NCBI GenBank assembly: GCA_965644295.1 | Contig: CBFFRP010000324.1 | Location: 124,001 to 188,000 of the forward strand | Direction: 5' to 3' | DNA from: Paraphysomonas bandaiensis | Taxonomy: Eukaryota; Protista; Chrysophyceae | DNA: 64,000 nucleotides | Shown here: in pieces, positions 1 through 13,290 of the stretch | Layout: the number at the start of each line of letters is the position of its first letter | Numbering within the stretch: position 1 is the first letter of the stretch | The notes under the pieces: model-generated | What the model was told of the DNA's origin: nothing | Database searches by the model: none | The model's input: the letters and a program-made list of their open reading frames with translations, nothing else | Program-made: the position numbers and the translations under genes

Positions 1-1514
1 AGAGCGGTGCTGACAGATACATATACGTGTACAAAAACAAGTGACACTCCTGCAGAACCAGCAGATAACTTTCTACAAAAAAATAAAACATGGGTAGTTA
101 AATGTGTTTGTGTATTACTTTTCTTCGCTACTGGCGTGGCATTTTATCATTTTCATCAAGGGTGGTCAGTTGTGACCTGCCTCTATTTCATTGTTGTCTC
201 CAGTAAGTACAGATCGCGCTCCATACTTTACGATGACTGATAATCCATTTATAGTGACCACTGTTGGGTATGGTGATATTAGCCCAAGTGATGACTGTGA
301 GTGTGCAAGCTTTGACAACATGTGTTGTGACAGCTCTATTGTTACTCAGGGGCTCGCTTATTTACCATATTTTTCATTCTATTCGGACTGGTGTTTGTAT
401 TTTCTATAATAAATGATGCAATTCAAAGCTTTCTTGACCATCTTGAGTCTCAAGCTATGGAAAAGCTAGAAGAAGACGAGGTTAAGCAGGTGGAGCCTCA
501 CTTTCAATTTACATTTCGATGGTTATTGTTTATGGCAGTCAAACCATGTAGTGAAGATCGGCATATCTGTGGGAGTGATATTTCTTTTTTTGATGCTTGG
601 TACGCTGTTCTACAGCTATAATGAAGGGTGGACCTTCATACAGGGTTTATATTGGACATGCATGACTGTCAGCGTAAGTACATCTTCACTAAACGCAGCT
701 CTATTCAAAGATTAATTTATACAGACTGTCGGTTATGGTGATCTCGAGCTCAAGAAGTTTTCATCAAAGTAAGTGTGATATGTTTAAGCGAAGTTATACA
801 TACAGTGACGTAATGTCGTGTTGTCTGCAGGATATTTTCCATATTCTATATTGTGTTTGCTGTCGTTCTTATGACTACAGCGATCGGCAATTTTGCTGCA
901 GTTCAGATGGAACTTGCACATGAAAAGAAAAAACTGGATATGCTCAACACAAAACTGGATATCGAGGCGATACGTGCGATGGACAAGGATGGGAAAGGAG
1001 TGGATGAGATGGCCTTTGTTACGGCGATGCTGGTGCAGATATGCGGTCTCGACAAGGAGAAAGATATTGACCCTTGGAGGGCGCGATTCAGAGAACTAGA
1101 CAAAGACGATAGCAAATATCTAGACGAAGAGGTATATGTGCTTGCGCGTAGAGAGTAATTATTCATGGTTAATAGGATTTACGATTGTTGGAGCAAGAAG
1201 AAGAGAAGAAGAGACAAGAGCGATTGGCTGCGTATAAACGCAAGTCTGTTGGTGAAACACATGCCCTTTTTAGCCAGATTCCGACGAAATCTAATCATGT
1301 TCGCTCTCCCGCAGCCCTCTCTCCTAATAAAAACATGGTGTTTACGATACCTTTTTTTGAGTCTGCAGTGGTTGCATGGAATGGTATCACTTCCGCTTTT
1401 AAAAAGAAGTCCCGTCCTGCTCCCCGCAAAATAGCGGTAGTGAAGGTGAAACCGGGGGGTACTGGATCACAGTGTAGGGAGCATGCTGAAATGAAACTGG
1501 ACAGCCAAGTGTAA
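1..1514 (+). CDS. Two-pore (TPK-like) potassium channel with C-terminal EF-hands; multi-exon, possibly 5'-partial
   Basis: Two selectivity-filter motifs, TTVGYGD (~255-280) and TVGYGDL (~726-745), hydrophobic TM segments, and EF-hand-like loops DKDGKGVDE and DKDDSKYLDEEE. GT..AG introns of about 50 nt; stop at 1514. Confidence 0.85.
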
Positions 1515-2255
1515 GAAGTGTGTATATAGTATTTCTTGTGATGTATGGCACTGTGGAGTCATAGAGTACATGAATAGCTTTCGGGTGCGTTATTTACTTT
1601 ATGGGTGCACTGATGTAGGCAAGGCGCTTTATGTTTCTAAATTAATGTAAAACAACGAAAAGTTACAAAGAAATTAATATAAATCACAGAGTGTTTCTAC
1701 AAAGTAAGTACATGCAATAATTGAAAAATGAGTATATCACAACGCCTACGTATGTTGAAAAGATTGAGTATTGTGAAAACAATCTCAAATATGCAGCTTG
1801 GAACTTTCAAAGTAGTTGAATGTCTAGGAGAACACTTAAAATACAGTAATAGAAAATTTTCTATGACAATAAGATGATTGTTTCAGTTATCAATACAAAG
1901 ATAGCAGTATAATTCGAGCTATTATTTCTCGGTGAATTCTATTCTTGAAATACTTGTAAAAAAATTGGTATTGTTGACCTCTCTCACTCATTTAGAAATC
2001 GTGGCATTTATAAATCGTAAGCAGTCAATATATTTCTTTTATCTAATACCTCTCATGACACTTTATTTAGCCCATGCTATACAAACACACACAGAAAAAC
2101 GACGAAAGGAATCGAATTAGAAATTTCCTTTTGCGGCCACAATGTGAAATACAGCAACGACAAATCATTTTGACATTGATACATCGAATTTATTGTTATT
2201 CTTGCATATATATTATTGGAACAGTAACAACAGAACATATATCACGTCACTCTAT

Positions 2256-5200
2256 TCACATTATAAATATTTCGAATTCGACCACACCACACGTCCTTTC
2301 CCTAGCTATTTCACTGTAGAATTGAGCTTTAACAAAACAATTTCCTTTGTCATTATATTCCAGTCGACTCAAATCATCAATGCTACATCTACCCAAGAGC
2401 TCATCGCTGACGCTTTCATTCCTTGAGTATAGGCAAATTACTAAAGGTGGAGATTTCATGAGAGCTTCACTTAAGGATGACCCTTGGGGTGCCGGAGATT
2501 TGAATCTTAGTGTGGCATTGAACACCGGTGAAGTTGAATTTCTAATCGCCTGGGTTGCTGCCCTTCCTAAGGTTCCCCAAGTAAATACTACATACGGATT
2601 TGTCCCCCCCAGAATGTTAGGGAGAGCATGCGCTCGATGCACCTTGACACAGAGCATGTCTGCAGGCATCCGCGTGGGAGTATAAGGACCAGCAGATGGG
2701 GCCCTTTGAGAGGACCCCTGCAAATACTCCACACTCAAGCGTACCCCAGATTGTGTCATCTTGCTATCATTTTCATTCCCTCCACTGTTAACTACTGGAT
2801 CTGTGTCTTGAGATTCAGCGGCCATAACTCCAAGAGCGGCTTCAATCATAGATGATACCTCGTTGGCTCGCTCTATGGCAACATTAGCAGGACTGTGGTC
2901 AGTTTGTCTATCTGCTTCCCAGTTGATGTAATCAGCAGGATTTAGACCTCGACTGTGTGCAGATAATGTGGATTCAGGTGAAACAGTAGAGCGATTAGAG
3001 AGGTGCTGCAAAGAACTACTGATACCAGTCCTGGCATCGTCATCATTTTGGCGTAGCTTCAGCCCATCCCTATTCTCAGATCTTACACGAGTAGTTGGTG
3101 GACTTATATCACTGAAATTGCTACTCTGACGAGCTATAAATTTTTCAATCTATAAAAAGTAATTGTTCCATTACACACTTATCACAAAATACTTCAAAGA
3201 CTTCACCTTTCTGTCTCTAGTTTCCCACTTCGCCTTTTCCTTTCTAGCTGCTTCCTCGAGTTGTCTACGTTTCTCACGCTGCAACTTTGCTTTGCGCTCT
3301 TTTATGCGCTCGGCTGCTCTCTGACGTGCCTACATACATCACATAAATTCCTACAGTGCGAGTATAATTAATCAACCTCCTTTGGATCATGATCTAATGA
3401 CCCTCTAATTATCGCCGAGTCCGACATATCCCTATTGATGGTGGCGCTACTGGCGTATCTCCGTGATGGAGGGCTATTATACGACCGCGAACCCCGCCCA
3501 GCTGGAGGAGCACTTCTTGATCGCACACTTTTCTGTCTCTCCTTCATAACATTCCTGTGAATGGAGCGCAGCCTTGTCATCTCGGCAGTCAACTATCACG
3601 CAGAACAATGAAGTCATAAATTAAAAGAGAACAACAACCCAAACAATTACCTGAACAGTTTTAAGCCGACTCTTACGTAATGCCTCTTCTTGCTTTCTCT
3701 GTTCACTCTCTCTTTCTTCTGCTTTTTTGCTCTCCTGAACTCTTGCCACCGCCCTCTTACGGCTACATATACACAGTCACTTCAAAAATACCGAGAAGAG
3801 TACAATATGATCTTACGCCAACACTGGATCTATCAGCTCTGCAATTTCTAATGGCGTGCTAACGCCACTTCGCTCGGTAGAGGACGCTAGAATATGCTGT
3901 ATAAAAGATACACGTGTATCCTCTCGCGGAGTTCTTTTAGAGTTCGTTGACCGTCGGCCAAATGCCACATCGCCTTTGTGTCCGCAGCGCTCATCGGACG
4001 CAGTCGTCCCTGCACTGCAATAACCAGCATCGCGTGGTGATCGTGATCTCTCTACTTTCTGACTAAGCCTACCAGAGAGACTGTGTCTGGACTGACTTGT
4101 AGGCGAGGTTCTACGAATTCTCCGTCCATTATTATCATAAAGGTCTCTGCGAGGCGATTCAGTTCTCTTATCACTCTTACTAGCACTCTTATCTGAAGAC
4201 AGAACAGGGCTAGTGCCAGTTCCAGTATTAGGTGTGGTATAATAGTTATGCCCAAGCTCTGTAACACTTAGCTTGCCACCGTCACGTTGGTACGTCACTG
4301 GAGTGGCATCCACAATGTAGGGTTGTGAACTTGCATTACCACCAAAACTATCTACGCCCCCTACGTCCCACACATCCATATCCGCGCGGGTGGTTGCAAG
4401 AGGTGTGTAAGGATGCGGTCGTGGCGGAGGAGAGTGAACTCCAGTATCCAAACTAGACTCATGACTCACAAGGCTATCTTCGAGGCGACGCAAGGATGAT
4501 GGACCATTGGACATCCCATTTAATTCACCCTGAGATAGGCTACCGCCAGTATATCGCCGACTTTCCTTGCCATATCTACCATTATGCTTCCCATTTACCA
4601 TAGATTCACCCCCGAAACTGCTATCCACATGATTATACGTAGTATGGTTTGACCTGCGTGTCCTGTTTTGGCCTGATACTTGGTTGCTCGACGTCTTATA
4701 AGACAAATTCTTCAGACTGACATTTGAGCTACTCTCAGATTCGCTGGAGCTAGCCTCTGACTCATAAGAGGGCACTGCGTGCCATTTCTTTTTGTGTGAT
4801 GTACTGATATTGTTAGAGTGTCCGGCGTAAGTGGTACTGTTTTCTGCGTCAAGTAATTTAGTAGGAAGTGAAGCTTCAGTAGTGTCCGTACTGTCAGAAG
4901 AAGCTGATTTTACCTCGGATAGATCGTGCAAAACACACTCGGTTGGGACGTTGTACTTGTGAAAGTGCAGTTGTAACCTTTTCGCAAGTGCAGTACGTTC
5001 CTTACGGCTTTCCATAAGTTCCTCTACACAAAGCTTCGTAGGGAGACGTACTTTTCGCAGTGCATTGGGATTCGTTCCCTTGAGAGTGCGTCCATCGCAG
5101 GATGGTGCGCAGAGCAATCGGTGCATATATCCCCCCACGGCACTGGAGAGACAGTCCACCCCAAACAGCTCAGCCAAAACAGCAGCACACCAAAGCTCCT

Positions 5201-6169
5201 CTGGATCAATCTCAGATAATGCGGTAAGAGGAGTCACTCGGTTGTATGCATGACGATCAGAAGAGTGCGGGCTCAGAGGGCTCCGCGTGCTACCCACCCG
5301 ACGAATACGGCCTTGCTCAAGAATAAGTTTCGTTCGCAGTACTAGCCGCGCATCAGTTTTAACCTGTTTCCGTCGAGTTGATCGTTTCCATCGGGATATA
5401 TTATCCCAGTGAGCGGCGAGCTCACATCCACCTGCCGCTTCATCAAGGTTCCACAGGATACGGGCATTGCTCCATATGCCATGAATAGCATCCAAGACAG
5501 ACGATGCATCATAGCCCTGTTCCTGATATTTACGTAATTCCAGAAGCTACATGCAAATAGGTTAGTAACTTGCAATGGGTGATGCAGATAACAACCAACA
5601 CCTTATGTTCTAACGCTACCGTGATATCTTTCACAAGCTCCAGGTCGTTTGTGAAAAGCATCGCAGACTCCGGCTGTACAAACCGCTGGAGCGGTGTATA
5701 CTTTCCATGCATATCAGCTTCAAAACATTCCACCACAGGACACACCACACAGCACAATTCAACAAAACACTGCAAAAATAAATTGAGGAAAAGCGTAGGG
5801 GTTCCTTCACACATACCCTGACGAAAGTAGCCCGCACGGAACATCCACACAAGGCCTCAATTAACCGAGGATGCAAAATAGACCCACAAAACTTTACTTG
5901 ACTTGAAGTACTAGAGAGAAGATTCCCAACTAGTAAAGATGCCGATATTCGTTTGGGACTGTGGTAATAGAGCGCATCGAGATCTCGGAACAGTATATCC
6001 AACAGATTGAACTTTGACGTAACAATGAACTGTATAGCATTATCAATTACTATAAGTGATTAAGATGAATGAAGAGATGTACCGATGCTGATTCAGTGGG
6101 TGTGTTAAACCCCATCTTAGTTCCATCATCAGATAACAGAGACACAACTAAATAGGGCTCCTCGTACAT
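2256..6169 (-). CDS. Large multi-exon protein with Ser/Arg-rich low-complexity middle, coiled-coil segment and C-terminal C2 domain
   Basis: ORFs 5631-6002, 3813-5495, 3368-3592 and 2256-3011 can be joined by short introns. The C-terminal LCVKVHRAHALP..GTNPYVVF..TSPVFN..SDELLG is a C2 signature. ATG at 6169 (MYEEPYLV) is a tentative start. Confidence 0.7.
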
Positions 6170-7589
6170 CTCTATGTCTTGAATCTATGTCTCATGTCTA
6201 TAGGCATCTATGGGAATACATCATATTGATTGAGATGGGCGTTCTTGGTGGATATGACGATGGTATCATACAGGCAGGTGTTTAAACTAGACTGCTGCCG
6301 TCTATTAACAATTAGTTTGAAAAATGACTGAAAAATTTTGAATTTTGTATAGTTACAATTTTAGTGGTAATTATTGCAGTATGTATTTCTCTGTACTGCT
6401 GGATAATATTTACGAAATTTCCATTTTTATCAGGTCAAAAATGTCCCACCCAACAAAGCACTTCCCCATCATTCCAGATTGATTGATACTGCTGTCTATA
6501 TCCAGATAGTAGGCCAATTTATAGGAATGGTAACTATAAAATCCTTATTTTTAGTTAAAAGTACACTTTTTTAAATATAAAAACAAACTGGACGTTGAAT
6601 GTACACCAGCTAAGATGCATAGACAGGGACATGAACGGAGCACACTGGATCTAGTCTTGTTGTTCAAGGGCAGGCACAACGAAGCTTCCTATCGACTCAA
6701 CTGTGATAAATCTTCTCTTTGCAGTTATCTCAATTGATGACCGTCTCAAACATACGAGTAAGAGGAAAACATGTGCATTAGAGGCAACCCGCAGGTGCTT
6801 ATATCACAGTGGACGGCAGTTAATATAATATGAATCCGGGGAAAGATAAAGTTGCAGTAAATGCTCAAATATATGAGAGACTATCAAGTGTGCACTGCAA
6901 TAGTGACACCGATATGAACGCCCACAAGAAAATCGGCTATTCATGGCCTGAGGGCGTATGGCTCTGTGTGCTTTCATAGCAACTTATAAAATGGGATGTA
7001 GGAAGTAAAAAGCTTAAGGGCTAATTTTGTATTATGGGTATTTAAGAATTGTTGATTGGTACCGGGATCAGACTCTTTTAGTAGACGACGCCGAGTTTAA
7101 CACGAAGTTTTTCTGCCATCTTATTGGGCGCCGCGGATACCAATGTAGACAGTACGGAGGGGCGAAATATTATTAAGTCACCAAGAGGAAATGTACACAC
7201 CTACGGATTATTAGATGCCCCTTAAAAATGAATTTCAGGCTTCAAAGGTTATCCTACGATAGGGTTTGTAAAGTTTATAGCCATTGATAACATATAGACA
7301 AAGTTACATACAGTTGTTTAATACATGTGAACAATGCCTCAACACGGGTGGCGGTGGAAGTATCATGTGTCTTCGTATAACTATAAGTATGTCAGTGATG
7401 ATGTTTATATTGCTGCTTCCCGCCTTTTAGTAGAGTGTTACAAATTGGATAAATATTGCACTTTTGTTTCTATGGAGATAAGGAGTACTATTGTAAAGTT
7501 CTGTCTCCGCAGCAGTTGAAATCGGGCATAGTACTGAAGTTGTCATCTTAGTACTGTCATGCTTGTTTTGCAGCACAGTAGTGAACGTC

Positions 7590-8340
7590 TGATTATGAGC
7601 AATAGGCGTGTAAGAGTCAGACCTAATGCAGCAAAACAATTTAACTAACTAGTGCTTAACTCTGATATCCTACTATTTGGCGCTACGAAAGCTGCTTGCG
7701 TGTCACCGCAAGCACCAAGGTGCAACCACTTTCGCTTTCTGCCCTTTAGCTTTAAGGTAATAGTGTGGGTGCTTGTCATCAGTATGTAGCCCAATACTCC
7801 GGATGCCTTTGAGGTGCGCCCATTCCCGGATGCCTGTTTATTTATCAAGGCCCAAAGACGTCTAAACAAGTGACACCTCTTGTTAGTTTCCCTTGTACCA
7901 CACAAGCATTCGGCTATGAGTGGGCAGAACTATATTATATTAAAAGTCTTATTATTAGCAATAGGTGTTAAAAACCTGCACCAACTTAGTAGCTAGATGA
8001 ATGCTAGACAAACTAGTTAGACCTCCACCTGTAACTAATCAGTACACACTTTTTTTATCCTACTATTTAACGCTACGAAAGCTTCTTGTGCGTGGCCGCA
8101 AGCACCAAAGTGCGACCACTTCCGCTCTGAGCTCTTAAGGTGAACATCCCGGATGCTTGACTTTATCAGGCAGCCCAACACCCCGGTTACCTTTCTGGTG
8201 GGCCCTGTCCCGGATGCCCTTGAGGTGGGCCCATTCCCGGATGCCTGTTTTTTCGTCAGGGCCCAAAGACGTCTACACAAGTGACACTTATTGGTGTCCC
8301 TTGTACCACACAAGCATTCGGCTATGAGTGGGCAGAAGAA
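7590..8340. repeat. Two diverged tandem copies (~340-400 bp) of an unclassified dispersed repeat; third partial copy at 60305-60612
   Basis: The blocks TATCCTACTATTT..CGCTACGAAAGCT..CCGCAAGCACCAARGTGC, CCATTCCCGGATGCCTGTTT and CCTTGTACCACACAAGCATTCGGCTATGAGTGGGCAGAA occur in both copies. Confidence 0.85.
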
Positions 8341-9118
8341 TATCTGCTGACTGTATATGCGGCTCACGTTAATTTCCCAGAGAGAATCTCTCCGGTACTT
8401 ATCCCCCAGAACACCACGAAAAGGTGCGAGTCCGGCTTTGTTGAGGGCTTTGCACCACACAGTGCTTATCTCTCAGATACACACTTCCAATAATAATTGG
8501 AACTGTTAAAAGAATCATTGCGATAGGGGTAAGACAACGGATGTTTCGTTGAGGAAATAGCTGTATTATAATGTTTTGAATTGTTGCCGTTAGCTGAATA
8601 ATACAGTATTTTTGCAGAGTGTACTATATAAAGATAATTATGTGCTATGAAGTATCTTAACTAAATTGAGATACATTGACTGTATACGATTTTGCCTAAG
8701 ATGTATGATAATCGATTGCTAGTTGAGAGAATATACTACATCTAGCGAAGGACTATGATTGATAAGAGATGTTGATTATAAATGTAAGAAATATTATGGA
8801 GTGAGTTCAACGTTCATTATTTAAGTTTTAACCATTCTAATGTCATTACAGTATGTATAGCAATGGAGGGAGTGTGAACGTACGAGCGTAAAGGACCATG
8901 ATTTCATATCGTCGCGCGTTTATTAGAACCAATATCGTTCGTACCAATAGTAAAAATAGAATATTCACGAAATAAATAATCTATTCATACGAGTGCACCA
9001 ATGTAATATACGTAGCGATAATATTTATAAAATACATACAAACTGTAGTATATACACACTATACTAAGTCAGACGAAAGTAGATCACACCACAAATGCCC
9101 AACTGAAAATACTTTAGC

Positions 9119-11491
9119 CTACGATATTGCATTCGGACCTTTCATCCAACGCTTTAATTGTACCGAGGGTCCAATAATGAATTCGTCAATGACCTACAAA
9201 ATGAAATAAATGGGTTACATATCATCTACACCTTATAAGGCACTAGGTACAAACCATAGTCGCAAGTTCTATAAGATCACCGCGGAGCTCCCCCATAAAC
9301 AATGTCAAGTATATTGCCTCGTACAACGTATAGCGCCGTTTATATTTGTGTCCCATTGAAGCTGAGTGCAAAGGCCTTCCTGCCCTAGCATGAAATGGTG
9401 AGGACACACTGCCACTCCTCTTGTACGCAAGAGGAGAAAATACATCTCCCTTCCTCGTCCGCATTGTTATTGAAGGCGCTTCGACATCCATTGCCACGGA
9501 GCCAGACCACCCGGTATTCGGTATCACCGCAAACGCCCGATGATCAGACTTTTTGGTGAGCACATCACTTCCACGTTTCTGATAAGAAAACATAGTTGTT
9601 GAGTCCCGCAGCCAGGTCCAGAAGTCACTTTGGTTCTCCACACTTACTGCTCTCGGTGGGTCAGATGTCCCGGAGCTATCATAGTGAGTACGTGCGGACA
9701 TGAGGTCTACAACAGAACAAAAAAATAACTAACGAATAGAATTCCAAGAGACAACTAAAATGATCAAATCAAATATGTTGCGTAGACATGAATGGTAAAG
9801 CATTTAGCAAACGACAGTTGTTGTGCACATCACGACTGCGTGGAACATCACCTCCGATAGATTGCTCTGCCGCAAACAGAGTTCTCTGCAGGTCTCCTCT
9901 GTCTGTTTTTTGTGATAATCTATTAATATTTTGTTGGTCAAACTGTGTTGTACTTTCAGGTCTAAGAACAGAAGAATCAAGAGATGACGTGGAAACCTGC
10001 GGTGCAAAATTTTCTGTTTTACTTTCGCATAAAGACATTTCGTCTCCAGATATCAGTCGAGCCAATTCCCCACTCTCTGTTCCAACATGACCAGATGCAA
10101 GGGTGGACGTTGACAAAAACGTTCCTGTTGAAGAGGTGTCTACATGCTTGTGTACAAACCGGAACTCTGCTACTGAGAAAGAGTAGGTAAAAGCAATGGC
10201 AGCAAATAGCATTTCCATGCAGATCAACAGATCTTGTACTCCATCCGCGACCTCCTACAACAATGCACAACGGAAATGACATAATCCCACAGGCGAGGAA
10301 AGCGAATATAAAAACCTGCGGCGAATGTGCGTCTCCATACGCTGACGAATCAATTCCATTTATATGTCCGAAAGATACAAGTAATCCTATATACGAATGT
10401 CACATGGCGTTAATATAAGAAACTGTCGAACACCTATGAAGAGCGCCTGCCACCAAGAGAAGAATATTACCAACTTGATGCTCAAGAACTTTTCAAAAGG
10501 TCTGCAGTTTGTTAGTAAAATTTCGCGTCACTGACAAACAAATACTGACCGAATTCCCTTGAATTCTCCGTGCGATACATGATAGAATAGAAAGAGGCTA
10601 TACAAAGCATAGGTTTGAGAGGCACAGTTGGCAAGAGTCATCCACAAGTAGCTACTCGTAATGGAGTAGTCACCCTCCTCATACCTAATATAATGCTTAG
10701 TACATGAACAATAGCATCGATTAAGTACCATCCAAAAAAATGTAAAATTAGAGATATCACAGCGAGAGCGAACCGAATGACCACGCATTGAAGTACCCCC
10801 ATTTTACATCCTACAAGAGAAAATCACGTTCAGAAAATATAGCATAAATATAAAACAAAATACCAGAAAGAAACGCTCCCCCCATTTGCCATGGAGCTAG
10901 GAAACAAAAGGGCGGTTTGTGTTGCCCCATATACGCTGGCTTGAGGGCAAGCCTAGCCACTAATTTTTCTGTGTTGCCAAGGTAGTTGAGCAGGAATCTG
11001 AAATCGCATAATCATGCAATGCTAATAAGAGAGATACACTGCATACCTCATAAAACAATATATCACATATGATTCATATATTTCCCTTACAACTTGAAAC
11101 AGAAAGGCAAGTCTAACAAAGTGTATGGAGAGCATGCTCTCCAGTGAATATATCGGAACCTAGTAAGGATACATCAGTTTTAAGAAGCTTAAAAAACAAT
11201 CACACACCATCCATACAATACGAATAATTTGAACTTGAAGTTGTGGCTTATTGAAGCTTGACAGATGCTCATATATTTGATAGAGAGATATAGGAACAGT
11301 GATGACTGTAAAGCACAGAGAAATATGCATCGCAAGTGTATGTTTGTCTTCCGCAAAGACCACACTTCGACGGACCCTACACATGAAATGGTTACCTAAA
11401 CTGTGAGGGATCCCCATCAACTGCACCTGAGGATCATCATTCCACACATAGCCAAGTAGACAAATATCATAAATGTTGTACTAATCTTCAT
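9119..11491 (-). CDS. TMEM184/OST-alpha family transporter (multi-exon)
   Basis: Spliced reading gives ISLYQIYEHL..PQLQVQIIRIVWMVPIYSLES..VREIYESYV..YALYSLFLFY..KFLSIKLVIFFSWWQ..LLICMEMLFAAIAF, the family signature. Confidence 0.9.
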
Positions 11492-11961
11492 AACCGTGAA
11501 CTATTCGATAACTAAACTGTGATGCCTATAAACCCCAAGATGGGATGCAGCATGATGATGCTGGACTCAGACTATGTGAGTGGGTTTCATGTATGTATGT
11601 ATGTGTGTATGTGTGTATATGTATGTTAAAGTAGAATCCTGCAGACCTCATCGCACTGTCCACTTTGTTCTCGATAATACCGTCCCGTATACTGCAGTAT
11701 ACTGAATACTTATCAAATACAATAATACGTAATACGGTCCTGTATTATGTCTAACAATGCCTTCCAGCAGTGCCCTTCAGCAGTGTCTTCAACTGGTGTG
11801 TGGTGTTAGTCCAGCCATATACAGTGCAGTACTCTTCATACAACACCGACACATACATATCCACCTCATTACACCCAAAGAAATCCGTTGTAGTACCAGT
11901 CGGTTCAGTGATCCATTGCCACTGGGTCCATCTGCTTACATCTATATAAGCAGCACCGATC

Positions 11962-13290
11962 ATGGGCGCATGTAGTTCAAGAGAATTTGTGACATCATCG
12001 GATATTCCGGGCAGAGATGATGTGGCAGTTGAGGTCTTTAAAAATATCGGATTGTCCAAGTATGAAGTTAATAAATTTTTCATGCTTTATAATAAAATTG
12101 ATTGTGATCACTCTGGACTAATATCATCAACCGAGCTGTTCAATTACCTTAGACTTGAAACCACCGAACTTGCAATTAAAATGTTTAATTCATTTGATAT
12201 CGATGGCAATGCTCGTCTGGACTTTTGTGAGTTTACTCTATCTATGTGGAACTTCTTGACATTGAGTACAAATCTTCTCCCTAGCTTAGTATTTTATCTG
12301 TTTGACTCTGACAACAACAGAGAATTGGATTGGTTTGAAGTCAAGAGTATTGTGGAGACTATACACACTACTTCTGCCTTGAGAAACGCGGCCCTAAAAA
12401 GAATCATTGACGACATGCAGTTCCATGCACCATTTAGCCATAGTGAATTTAATAAGTATTGCTACGATAATCCGTATGTATATCAGCCTCTGACAGTGCT
12501 ACAATTGAGCTGGCGGGAACGCATGTTAGGAAATGCTTTCTGGTCGCGCCTTATTTCTCGCCGAGTGAACAATGTTGCACAGCAACAACCCGACTATGCT
12601 TCAAGACTGATTACTTTCATAAAGGAAAAAATTCAGGAACGGAAGGCTATGAAACGTATGGCTAAAAGGGAACGGGCTCGTCAAAACCAATGGGATCGTC
12701 TCCAACACCGCAAGACCACCAACAAGTCCTATCAACGTGAGGATATGACTTTTGAATACTTCTCCAACGCCAGACAGCGGACCAAGAGTGTACATCACGT
12801 CCCTGTCCATAAAAAACGAGCCCGTCGCACGCCAGTATTTGATGCAGAGCCTATTGATATGGGTGATGCGGATGACAATATTAGCGATTCTAGCGCTGCA
12901 GATAGCAGCGGTGACTCGATTGATCCCCATCCGTACGCCACTATGTACGCAGCTGTCATGAAGAGTTTAGGGAGACCTCATAATTTAGGTGACCTGCTCA
13001 AACCACAGCGAGATCCTAGACGCTATCGCACGCTCTCTAAAGATATTTCATCTGTCTGTGGTCCCGAGATACAAGACCCAAAGTCTTCCTTAAAGTCGAG
13101 CCAAAGCCTCCCAAATTCGTCTCCAAAGGAAGATTCGTCTAAGTTTTCACTTTCAAGCCGCAGTATGACGTCAGTTGAAACAATACCACCGAAAAAAAAG
13201 AAATCCGTCTCTTTCAATGAAAAGAAAACTGTAATATATTTTGCGCCTTCGACTCGTCGAGTGGCGCCACACCCTCACTGCTGCACCTGA
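11962..13290 (+). CDS. EF-hand Ca2+-binding protein (calcineurin-B/NCS-like N-terminus, disordered C-terminus), probably N-myristoylated
   Basis: Single 442-aa ORF with EF loops DCDHSGLISSTE, DIDGNARLDFCE and DSDNNRELDWFE; N-terminus MGACSS. Confidence 0.85.
   Translation: MGACSSREFVTSSDIPGRDDVAVEVFKNIGLSKYEVNKFFMLYNKIDCDHSGLISSTELFNYLRLETTELAIKMFNSFDIDGNARLDFCEFTLSMWNFLTLSTNLLPSLVFYLFDSDNNRELDWFEVKSIVETIHTTSALRNAALKRIIDDMQFHAPFSHSEFNKYCYDNPYVYQPLTVLQLSWRERMLGNAFWSRLISRRVNNVAQQQPDYASRLITFIKEKIQERKAMKRMAKRERARQNQWDRLQHRKTTNKSYQREDMTFEYFSNARQRTKSVHHVPVHKKRARRTPVFDAEPIDMGDADDNISDSSAADSSGDSIDPHPYATMYAAVMKSLGRPHNLGDLLKPQRDPRRYRTLSKDISSVCGPEIQDPKSSLKSSQSLPNSSPKEDSSKFSLSSRSMTSVETIPPKKKKSVSFNEKKTVIYFAPSTRRVAPHPHCCT

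Noticed and set aside
7014-7225. Kolobok/piggyBac-like MITE bounded by TTAA
   Set aside because: The terminal inverted match (GGGCTAAT versus GGGGCATCTAAT) is too weak to support.
7941-8340. RNase P/MRP RNA or hammerhead ribozyme (AAAGTC..CGGCTAT; CTGACGA on the minus strand)
   Set aside because: The P4 pairing is only about 4 bp. The CUGANGA core is missing in the sibling copy and no stem II/GAAA geometry could be built.
7645-8460. Paralogous protein-coding ORFs (86 and 141 aa)
   Set aside because: They lie within the repeat family, start at alternative codons, show no recognisable domain, and the third copy is interrupted.
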